DNA of 64,000 nucleotides from the human T2T-CHM13v2.0 reference genome, Homo sapiens. Of this stretch, positions 41,837 to 51,780 are shown in pieces. The notes under the pieces were generated by a model that was given only the letters and a program-made list of their open reading frames with translations, was not told where the DNA came from and did no database searches. Position 1 is the stretch's first letter, and every line of letters starts with the position of its first letter. The DNA is taken from assembly GCF_009914755.1 (NCBI RefSeq), contig NC_060934.1, one strand, 5' to 3'. A program made the position numbers and the translations under genes.

Positions 41837-43547
41837 CCATCTTCTGGAAGAAAAGTGGCAGGGTTGAGGGCCATGCACATACATATTTGAAGCACCGGTC
41901 CCTCAAGGAGTAGTGTCTGGTGTCTAAGTAGGCAGTTTGTCCGATAGCCATAAACTTCCTTTGGAACCTAGTATGTCATTTACATCATGAGTAGTCCAGA
42001 CAGTGAGATCCTTTCCTTGTATTATTTCGATAGCCTCTGACACTAAGACGGCCACCACCGCAACTACCCTTAAGCAGTGAGGCTAGCCTTTTGCTACTAC
42101 ATCAATTTCCTTACTTAGGTATGCCACTGGTTGTGGGGTTGTCCCATGAGTCTGAGTAAGGACTCCAAGGGCTATCCCTGCTCTATCTGTGATGTATAAA
42201 GAGAAGTTTTGTCCTGTGGGAAGGCTTAAAGCTGGAGCTTGTACTAGGGCCTGCTTTAAGATTTTGAAGGCTGTTTCTGCCCCTGGTTCCCATTCTACTA
42301 GATGAATATTTGCCCTCTGGGTTTCCTTGACTAGAGTGTAGAGGGGCCTGGCTATCTCGCTGTATCTGGGCAAAAGCCGGTGGTTCCCAGGAACCCCCGC
42401 AACTGTTTTAATGTCTTAGGGTGAGGATAAGCCAGTATAGGCTGTATTCATCCCTTGCTGAGGGCCCTGGTCCCTCTGGCTAAGATTAGGCCTAGATATT
42501 TGACCTGCTATAGGCAAAGCTGGGCCTTCGACCTAGATGCCTTGTACCGTTGATTAGCTAGAAAGTTCAAGAGAACTAGAGTAGCCTGCTGGCATGAGGC
42601 TTCCAAACTGGTAGCCAAAAGTAAATCATCCACATACTGAAGGACCAGAGTGCCTGGACTTGAGAAGTGGCCTAGATCTTGGGCCAGTGCCTGACCAAAC
42701 AGATGAGGGCTATCCCTAAACCCTTGGGGCAAGACCATCCACGTAAATTGGGACGTGTGGTCTGTGGGATCCTGAAAGGCAAAGAGAAACTGGGAGTCAG
42801 AATGCAGGGGAATATAGAAGAAGACATCCTTGAGGTCCAGAACTGTGAACCATTCTGCTTCCTCTGGTATTTGGGAGAGCAGGGTATAGGGGTTGGGCAC
42901 AACTAGATATAGAGGAATTACTGCCTCATTGATGAGTCTAAGATCTTGCACTAGTCTCCACTGACCGTTTGTTTTTTGTACTCTTAGAATTGGGGTGTTG
43001 CAGGGACTGCGCATTTCCTTACTAAGCCTTGAGCTTTTAAATATTTAACAATATCCTGTAATCCTTTATAAGCTTCAGGCCTTAAGGGATGTGGCCTTTC
43101 ATAAGGAAAAGTAGTGGGGTCTTTTAGCCTGATTTGGACTGGGTGGGCATTTTTTGCCCTTCCAAATTGTCTTTCCAATACCCAGACTTCAGGATTGATT
43201 CCCTCCTCAAGTAGGGGACAGCAAATGGGTAACTTGTTGCCCATATTCATGTAAATAATAGCTCCAGCTTTGGCTAATATATCCCTCCCTAATAAGGGTG
43301 TGGGACTTTCAGGCATAACAAGAAAGCCATGTGAAAAGAGCAAAATCTCCCAATTACAACTGAGGAGGTGGGAGAAATACCTGGTTACAGGCTGTCCCAG
43401 GATTCCTTGGATGGTAACAGACCTTGAGGACAGTTGTCTGGGACAGGAAATTAACACTGAGAAGGCTGCTCCAGTGTCCAGGAGGAAGTCAATTTCCTGG
43501 CCCTCAATGGTTTTAATGTACCTGGGGCTCAGTGAGGGTGATGACAT
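41837..43547 (-). pseudogene. pol: HERV9 pro-pol, frameshifted and truncated
   Basis: Protease FLLDTGA...LLGRDIL; RT WRLVQDLR, LPQGFRDSP, YVDD (42625-42636); connection domain ALGVLTQ, PVAYLSK; ends at LNPATFLPEDGEPI; split over several ORFs. Confidence 0.95.
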
Positions 43548-43572
43548 GAGTTGGCACTTGCCCTGGGCACCC

Positions 43573-45030
43573 TCAGTCCTGTTGGTGGATCATCTGGTTA
43601 GGGGCTTCTGGCCCAGAGAACCTTTGTCCTCTGGGGCAGTGCACCTTCCAGTGATTACCTCAAGATAGTGTACATGGACAAGAGGGTGGCTTGTTTCACA
43701 CTGGACAATCTTTTTTAAAGTGTCACTGTAAACCATACTGGATAACAAGCCCTACAGGGTGATTGGCCTGCTCCATTTTCTGTCCTCTCTGAACCACCAA
43801 TGTTTGTTTGTCTGAGAGCCATGACTAAGGCTGCAGCCTTTCTCTGATCTTGGTTTTCCTTTTGGGCCTGTTCCTCTTGGTCCCTATTGTAGAACACCGA
43901 GGTTGCCAGGTTTAATAATGCCTCCAGATTTTGTTCAGGGCCCAGATCTCACTTTTGGAGCTTTCTCCTAATATCGGCAGCTGATTGAGTAATAAACTTA
44001 TCTTTTAGGATCAATTGAGCTTCTAGTGAGTTGGGTGACAGGGGAGTATATTTTCTTAAGGCCTCTCATAGCCGCTCGAGGAAGGCAGGATTTTCTTCCT
44101 TTCCCTGAGTTATGGTGGTCATCATTGAATACTTCATGGGCTTTTTCCTAATTCTCCTTAGTCCTTCTAGAAAACAGGTCAACAGATGTTTTCAACTCCA
44201 GTCCCCATGATCTGAGTCGGGGTCCCAGTGGGGATCCATATTGAGGACGGCTTGCTGAGTGGTAGGAATGTGTCCCTTTCTTTGGCTGTCATTCTATCAT
44301 TTACTTGACTAAGATACCAGGTATCTTCAAACTCTTGGGCTGCAGCTAAAGCCACATTCTTTTCATTAAAGGCAAGGGTTTGATCTAACAATAGCATGAC
44401 ATTTCTCCAAGTGAGATTGAAGGTTTGCCCTAGCCCCTGTAGGACATCTATGTACATATCAGGATCATCTGAAAACTTCCCCAGGTCTGCCTTGATCTGC
44501 TTTAAATCAGAGAGTGAGAAGGGGACATGTACCCGGGTTGGGCCAAATTCCCCTCCCCCTACAGCTTGAAGGGGACATAACTGATAGTCCAGGGGTTTTT
44601 GTGGTCCTTTGGAGATTTCTTTGCTTGTTTCCTTCTGGGCAGGGGAGATTAGAGGAGGCTTATCACTAATAGGAAGGGGAGCTATAGGGAGGCTAGGATA
44701 TTGGGGTAAGCTGAGAGGTCCTCCTGTGGTATGTAAATTGCAAGCTTTGCATAGTTATGTATTCTCCTTCAATGAAAAGAAAGCTTGGACATAAGGTATT
44801 TCACTCCATTTGCCTTCTCTCTTACAGAAAAGGTCAAGCTGCAGGATAGTATTCTAATTTATACTTCCCTCAGGTGGCCATTTTTTCCCATCAGAGGGAG
44901 AATATTGGGGCCAGGCCATAGTGCAGAAAAAAATGAGCCACCTCTTTTTTAGGGTTTGCAGGTCAAATTGGTCCCAATGGCTTAGGATGCATTTCAAGTG
45001 TGAGCCTTTTGGTGCCTGAGTGTTTCCCTT
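43573..45030 (-). pseudogene. gag: HERV9 gag, disrupted
   Basis: [55 protein letters not shown]; expected ATG reads AAG (45028-45030); multiple frameshifts; TGA at 43573-43575. Confidence 0.9.
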
Positions 45031-46230
45031 CTGAAAGACAAAAATGCCCATGGTTTTGGTCTGTTTCTCCCACACCCAAGAACCTGCAACGGTCCTTGGA
45101 CCCTGCTGATTGGAATAGTTGCGCTCACTGACTCAGCAGCAGAAACACCTCTTGCTCAAGAACCTGCAACAGTCCCTGGACCCTGCTGATTGGAATAGTT
45201 GTGCTCACCGACGCAGCAGCAGAAACACTAGTTTTCCTCCTAGACCACAAGGAGGACTGAGGAATGTCAGATGTAGTGGCCCTTACCAATGCATTCTCAA
45301 AAACCTGTACCCTTGCCTGTCCTCCTAGACCACAAGGAGGATCGAGAAAAATCATATTTAGTGGCCCTACTGATGAATTCTTGAAAACCTATTAGAGTCC
45401 TAAGCATTCTCCTGTTTGTATTGGGACTTTACCCATGTCCTATAAAGATGTTATGCCCCAAAAGTGAAGTGGAGAGCCATACCCTGAGGGAGGGAAGGGA
45501 ACTCCAGAGTGGGAAGAGTGATGCCTTTTGTCCTCACTTGAATAGGAAGGATATCATTTCTGAAGCTCCCCATATCCTAGCTTCAGGAATAACTTTTTTT
45601 AGGCCTGCTAGTCTGAGGAGGGATCCTAAAATTCCAGATAGGCCCCCCTCCAATGGGGCTTTGCGCAAAAATTAAGTCTTTCTGATTGGTGAGCCTGGGT
45701 GCCCAAAGAAGTTAACAGAATCCTGAAGTTTATACTATAAATCATTCTTATAGGAGAAACTAGAAAAGCACCAGAGACAGGGAGTGGTTTTTAGAAGCAG
45801 TACTAGCCTCAGAGAAGGGAGGTGGGAGGAAGGTTGTCTGACAGGCGTTAGGACCCAGGAGGCAAGGGTCAGGATAGATAGGATAGATGGGCGAGTCTTG
45901 CTTGGGTGACATGACTTTGAAAGTTCCGTTCATGGCTGCAGGGTCAACCAACTTGTTGTTGGGACCCCAGAGCTGAATGGCTTTCCTCTCTGTTGACCCT
46001 CAGTTCAGCCCGGAAGTACAGGAAAAGTGGAAGTTGGTTCCAGGCAAACCAATGCTCCCAACTCCGAAGAGTTGGGGGTTGTTAGAGAGCCCTTTCCCAG
46101 AAAGCCTGACACCCGTGTCTTTAGTCCGGTGTCCACGCTAGTCGCTTTTAAGTGGCCGACAGGTGCCTGGTATTTAGCCCCTGAATTCTAAGGAAAAATA
46201 GGACAGAATAGAAAGCAAAAGGGGTCCGAC

Positions 46231-46240
46231 GGTACTCACC
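46231..46240 (-). promoter_or_regulatory. Candidate HERV9 major splice donor
   Basis: Minus strand reads GGTGAGTACC just downstream of the PBS, the usual position. Confidence 0.6.
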
Positions 46241-46251
46241 ACTTGGTGACA

Positions 46252-46269
46252 GTCTCTTCATGGTCACCA
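46252..46269 (-). promoter_or_regulatory. Primer-binding site (tRNA-Arg)
   Basis: Minus strand TGGTGACCATGAAGAGAC versus the tRNA-Arg complement TGGCGACCACGAAGGGAC; 3 nt from the LTR end. Confidence 0.85.
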
Positions 46270-46272
46270 AAA

Positions 46273-47276
46273 TGTGTCCAGAATTGGTTCCTTCCGGTGG
46301 GTTCTTGGTCTCACTGACTTCAAGAATTAACCCGTGGACCCTCGCAGTGAGTGTTACAGTTCTTAAAGATGGTGTGTCTGGAGTTTATTCTTTCAGATGT
46401 TCAGATGTGTCCAGAGTTTCTTCCTTCTGGTGGGTTCGTGGTCTTGCTGACTTTAGGAGTAAAGCCACAGACCTTTGCAGTGAGTGTTACAGCTCTTAAA
46501 GGTGGTGCATCTGGAGTCGTTCATTCTTCCTGGTGGGTACGTGGTCTCTCTGACTTCAGGAGTGAAGCCGCAGACCTTCACAGTGAGTGTTACAGCTCTT
46601 CAAGGTGGCACATCCGGAGTTTTTTTTCCTCCTGGTGGGTTTGTGGTCTTGCTGACTTCAGGAGTGAAGCTGCAGATCTTTGCGGTGAGTGTTACAGCTC
46701 ATAAAGGTAGTGCAGACCCAAAGAGTGAGCAGCAGCAAGATTTATTGCGAAGAGTGAAAGAACAAAGCTTCCACAGTATGGAAGGGGACCCAAGAGTGCT
46801 GCCACTGCTGGCTCGGGTAGCCAGCTTTTATTCCCTTATTTGGCCTCGCCTACATCCTGCTGACTGGTCCATTTTACAGAGTGCTGATTGGTGTGTTTAC
46901 AAACCTTTAGCTAGACACAGAGTGCTGATTGGTGCATTTTTACAGAGTGCTGATTGGTGAGTTTACAAACCTTTAGCTAGACACAGAGTGCCGATTGGTG
47001 TATTTTTACAGAGTGCTGATTGGTGAGTTTCAAACCTTTAGCTAGACACAGAGTGCCAATTGGTGTGTTTTTACAGAGTGCTGATTGGTGAGTTTACAAG
47101 CCTTTAGCTAGACACAGAGTGCCGATTGGTGTGTTTTTACAGAGTGCTGATTGGAGCATTTGCAAATCTTTAGCTAGACACAGACCGCTGATTGGTGCAT
47201 TTACAATCCTTTAGCTAGACAGAAAGGTTCTCCAAATCCCCACCTGACCCAGAAGCCCAGCTGGCTTCACCTCTCA
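46273..47276 (-). promoter_or_regulatory. 5' LTR12 (about 1.0 kb) with U3 CCAAT repeat array and U5 repeats
   Basis: Minus strand TGAGAGGTGAAGCCAGCTGGGC...GGAACCAATTCTGGACACA; ten CCAAT boxes in alternating 41/25-bp units (46887-47195); AATAAAAGCTGG TATA-like box at about 46821-46832; four TGAGTGTTACAG U5 repeats. Confidence 0.92.
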
Positions 47277-47288
47277 GTATTGCTCTAT

Positions 47289-48217
47289 TGATAAGGACAG
47301 GAGGTAGGGAAATTATGGGCAGAAAAAGGAGGTTCCCCTGCAAGGGCCCCACCCTCAAGCTGAAAAGCCTGCTACTGTGGCCCAAAGTGAGCACTTAACA
47401 TTCCTGTTTTCCCACTCAAATGTTGCCTTTTCCAAAACTATCCATGGCCCACCCTGCCCCCCATCATGTGCTCATAAAAACCCTAGGCTCAGCTGGCAGA
47501 GAGAGGAGAAGTAGCTAGATGTCAGAGACTACAGCTGGATATCAGAGAGAAGTGGCTTGACTTCAGAGGGACAGCTTGACAGCATAATTTCAGAGAATAA
47601 TTTGGCTGGAGATGGCTGGACTCCAGGGGAAGATTACCTTCCCACCCCATCCTCTTTTCAGCTCCCTTTCCCACTGAGAACCACTTCCATTGCCAATAAA
47701 ATCTCCTGCATTTACCATCCTCCAATTTGTTTGTGTGACCTCATTTCTCCTGGACACCAGACAAGAGCTCAGGTGCCACGAATGCAGATGCAAAAGGCCA
47801 TCACACTGACTCTTTGCCTTCACTGGCAGAAAGCAGCTGCGTCACATGGAAAGGCAGAGGGCCCACTGAGCTGTTAATACTTAAGCCATCTGCAGATGGC
47901 TGAGCTGAAAGAACATTGTAACATTCTCTGGGGCTTCAGGGATTGTGGGCGTCCACCCCCAGATGCTACTGCAGGGCCAGTATGGAAATTGCTTCCATTG
48001 GCACCCAAAAGCACTTGCCTCAGCTCCTGCACTCACTCACTGCATGCTCCCCCAGCAAGGGGTGGAACAAAGGGGCTCCTCACCTGCAAGAGGTGGAACA
48101 CAGCCAGTTCCAGTGAGTGGAGTTTGTCCCTGTTGGTGCCAGAGCAGCCAGCTGACTCCAGCGCTCATGCACTCCTGTTTCCACCCATGAAGGGGGACAG
48201 GGAAATATCCTGCTTCA
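47289..48217 (+). mobile_element. LTR1-family (LTR1D-like, HUERS-P2) solo LTR
   Basis: TGATAAGGACAGGAGGTAGGGAAA...GGCCCCACCCTCAAGC...CATAAAAACCC...AATAAA...CCTGCTTCA; perfect TSD CTAT. Confidence 0.85.
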
Positions 48218-48594
48218 CTATGAACCCACAAAGGCAATCAAAATAAACTAGTTTCTAGACCTCTGCAACATTAATGTCATTTAGTGTTATGTAACATCAC
48301 ATGTAGGATATTAACAGTGTAATTCAGATAAGAAATCATCAACACTACAAAGTAGTTCCATTTCTTTAGTAGTTTTTCTTTCATTGTGAACAGAAGTTAT
48401 TGGTTGTAAATTTCTTTCCTGCAGTGTTAAGCATGTCTGTTCATAAACTTCAGTGCCTAAGTGCTTAAATCAATTGCTTAAATCATAGCACATGTATATG
48501 TAAACACACTCACAACTACTCAAGGGGTAGCACTAACATAAAGCACAGAAATATCTTACAGTATTCACGGGGGGAAAAAGAAAAAAAACAAAGC

Positions 48595-48785
48595 TGAGTT
48601 TGAATTCACCCTCATGTGCTTAAGAAACACTTATCTTTTTCATTAAATAAATGCAAATTCCTGGTCCCACCTCCAGTAATTCTGATTTAGTAAGCATGAA
48701 GTGAGAGTCAGGAATCTACATTTTCAACAATTATCAACAAGTGACTCTGAAACTGGAGATCCAGAAATTAAGATTTAGAAAAGAT
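48595..48785. mobile_element. MER5-type hAT MITE
   Basis: AAATGCAAATTCCTGGTCCCACCTCCAG..ATTCTGATTTAGTAAG...CAGGAATCTACATTTTCAACAA. Confidence 0.7.
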
Positions 48786-49484
48786 AGTTTTAATAATAAA
48801 ATCAGTTCCTAGAGTGCTGAAATATGCACTCAAGTAACATTAATAAGGAGATCATGTAACATTTTAATCTGAAACATCTCTATTTAGATTAGTTTGCTAC
48901 ATTTAGACATTCTCCGCAAAGAATGTATCAGTAATGTTTCATGTTGGTGTAACCAGAAGTGCCTGTTCTACTGTTTCTACAGTTTGTCCATTTTCAAAAC
49001 AATTAACTAGTATAAACAATGCTCTTCTTACAAACACACAAAAATCATCCTTAGAAAAATGAATGCAATGATGTAATTAGACCACTGCAGTAGTGTCTTC
49101 GTTGCTATGACAACCTCACTTCTCTTTCTCATCTAGTCCATACTAAACATATTGGTGTCAGCTACCCACTTCAGTCTTTTCATTGGCTTCCTCCATCTCA
49201 AAAATTCTTAGTGAAGCAATGTCCCAACATTAAAAACAATCTTCAGTGTAGCATGTATGAAATATCCAACATTAGTTATCACTCTTCTCTTAACACGAAC
49301 AATTGACTTTAGCCAAATTTCTACCAAATTTCCCTTTAACATTTCACATTTATTTCTAAACATATGCATTTTCTCTTGCAAATTTTTGCCTCAAAGGCAC
49401 TTTCTTTAATCTACATTCAACTTTTATGCAAAAGTCATTTAAATAAGTCTCAATATTTCTGTCCAAATACCCTATAGCCCCACT

Positions 49485-49522
49485 AAGTGCTGGGATTATA
49501 GGCATGAGCCACCGTGTATGGC
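49485..49522 (-). mobile_element. Isolated Alu 5'-terminal fragment
   Basis: AAGTGCTGGGATTATAGGCATGAGCCACCGTGTATGGC only. Confidence 0.8.
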
Positions 49523-49559
49523 TTATATCATGTATTCTAAATGTACATATATTTTTCAT

Positions 49560-49878
49560 TTTCATTTATTTATTTTATTTTTTGAGACAGAGTCTCACTC
49601 TGTCACCCAGTCTGGACTGCAGTGGCGTGATCTTGGTTCACTGAAACCTCCACCTACCAGGTTCAAGATCTTCTCTTGCCTCAGCCTCCTGAGTAGCTGG
49701 GATTACAGATGTCTGCCACCATGTCTGGCTTTTTTTTTTTTTTTTTTTTTGTATTTTTAGTAGAGATGGAGTTTCACCATGTTGGCCAGGCTGGTTTTGA
49801 ACTCCTGACGTCAAGTGATCTGCCCACCTCAGCTTCCCAAAGTGCTCGGAATACAGGGGTGAGCCACCACACCCAGTC
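49560..49878 (-). mobile_element. AluSx-like
   Basis: Full dimer; central T-run of about 21. Confidence 0.95.
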
Positions 49879-50454
49879 AATTCTTCGCTTTTATATTCCA
49901 TCTCTTTATTTGGGGGTAGAGCCATGCCCTTTACTGTCTCTTCTTACTCGTTTTTGTAACCCTAGTACCTTGTGCAGAGTAGACAAAAAATAAATATGTA
50001 ATGAAAAAATAAACACATTAATGTACAATTATAATGATTATGTAATGGGATATGTTTTTCCTTAAATTTATTATTTATATAACATAGCTTTCTATGGACA
50101 AATAACATATTTTTACTTGGATGAGACATGACTGATGATTGTTTGTAAAATCAACAAAATTGTCAGTATCTTCACAGCCAAGTTGGGGATTTATGAAGGA
50201 ACTATTTGTTTCAACAGCAAATGTTTTCCACTGCAGAAGTGTTAGCAAATCCTGAGGCATAAACATACACATTGGAGCATGAAAGAAGTTTGTCTGCAGT
50301 TTGTGTGTTAGAATTGTGGGAGTTGTTATGGCAGATGACACTTTTGCTCAACAAAAGCTGTTAAATTTGCTTGGATTCACTGAAAAATTTGGATGTGTAT
50401 ACGATTCATTTAAGACAAGTGCACCAGAACAAAATAGGGACATTACATACAGAT

Positions 50455-51230
50455 ATAAAGGTCAAATGATGAGGAAGAATTAACAGTTATAAATGTGTTT
50501 GCATGTAATAACAGGACCCAAGATATATGAAGCAAAATTGAGGAAACCAAAGGCAAAAGCATAAGAGTTTATTATCTCTCACTAATTGATAAAACAAGTC
50601 CAAAAAAGGCTCATAATAATATAAAAATGTGACCAATACTATTAATCATCTTGAATAAATTGCTATTTATAGAATATGACACACAATAACAAAATATTTG
50701 TTCTTTGAAATTCATAGGAAATGTTCACAAAGTTTGATCAAATGTTTCTTGAGTTTCTAATTGTTCAAATATTATACAATATGCACTGTAAGAGTACTAA
50801 ATTATAAATCAGAAAAATAATATTAAAGAAATTAATAAAAATAAGATATCAAAAAGTCCCAAATATATGAAAATTAAATGACACAATTCTAAAGAACTTT
50901 ATTTGTCACAGAGAAATTTTCCCCAAATGATGATTATGAAAACTGAATATCTGGAAGATGGAGTTAGAGTGTTATTTAGAGAGAAAGTTATTGCCTTACA
51001 TGGATATGCTACTTCTTTCAAAGGAAAACAGGTTTGCATATATGTTTCACTTTATGAATGTAGATAAAAGAGAGCAAATGAACCACTAAATAAATAGAAG
51101 AACAGAAATAAAAACAATAAGAGTAGAAATAGGTAAAAAAGAAAGAAAATGAGACAAATTTGGTTTTTTAAATAATGAACAATGTTAACTACTAGCAAGA
51201 CTGATCAAGAAATACAATTGTTAAATAACA
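50455..51230 (+). mobile_element. Old L1M ORF2 (endonuclease-proximal) fragment
   Basis: AAAGGTCAA...AACAGTTATAAATGTGTTTGCATGTAATAACAG...ATATATGAAGCAAAA and CTAGCAAGACTGATCAAGAA are L1 ORF2 motifs. Confidence 0.7.
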
Positions 51231-51339
51231 TACAAAAATTTGGCTGTGTGAATGTTGAGCACATAAAAGCTGAAGACTACCTATTACAAAAATATTGCGG
51301 TTGATAAACCATAAAGTATTTTATCTACCTTTCCTTAAC

Positions 51340-51780
51340 TTAAAAATAAACACGGAACAATTTTCCATGTCACTGAAGGGTTTTCCCTATCACCATTTAA
51401 AAAGGATTGCATAGAATTTGTTACACAACTCAATCAAAAGTATTTTTAATAAGTTTCATAGAATGAGGCATAATTTCCTATAATTTCTTATAATAAACTC
51501 ATGTGATATGCATTTTTCTTTCTGTGTCTGTGTACACATTCTTAATTTTTCCCTTGAGTGAAATTACTAAAAGCTAATGCACTGATTTAAGGACTCACAT
51601 GCAGATTGCCAAATTGCCACTGAAAGAAGATTGTAACTCTTTAAGTTGTGTTAGCAGTGTATGAGCATGCTCATTTCCATTATGAAATATTAACTTTGTA
51701 TTTTATTATTTAAGAAATCTAGCTAACTTGATAAAATTGGTAGTCTTAGATTTAATTTTGCCATTCTTTGCTCATAAAAG
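51340..51780 (-). mobile_element. Old L1ME 3' fragment
   Basis: TTGCCAAATTGCC...AGCAGTGTATGAGCATGCTCATTTCC antisense L1 motifs. Confidence 0.55.

Larger units (their letters stand above)
41818..47276 (-). mobile_element. HERV9 (ERV9) provirus, 3'-deleted
   Basis: 5' LTR12, Arg PBS, gag, pro, RT and RNase H-proximal sequence; 19-nt 3' LTR remnant at 41818-41836; TSD GTAT at 41814-41817 and 47277-47280. Confidence 0.95.

Noticed and set aside
45076-45370. Tandem duplications in the proviral leader
   Set aside because: To my recollection these are a normal feature of the ERV9 leader rather than locus-specific
46260-46960. Overlapping repetitive ORFs of 79-158 aa
   Set aside because: Antisense translations of LTR12 U5 tandem repeats
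46860-47220. Regularly spaced repeats superficially like a CRISPR array
   Set aside because: No unique spacers, eukaryotic context, and it is the known LTR12 U3 enhancer repeat
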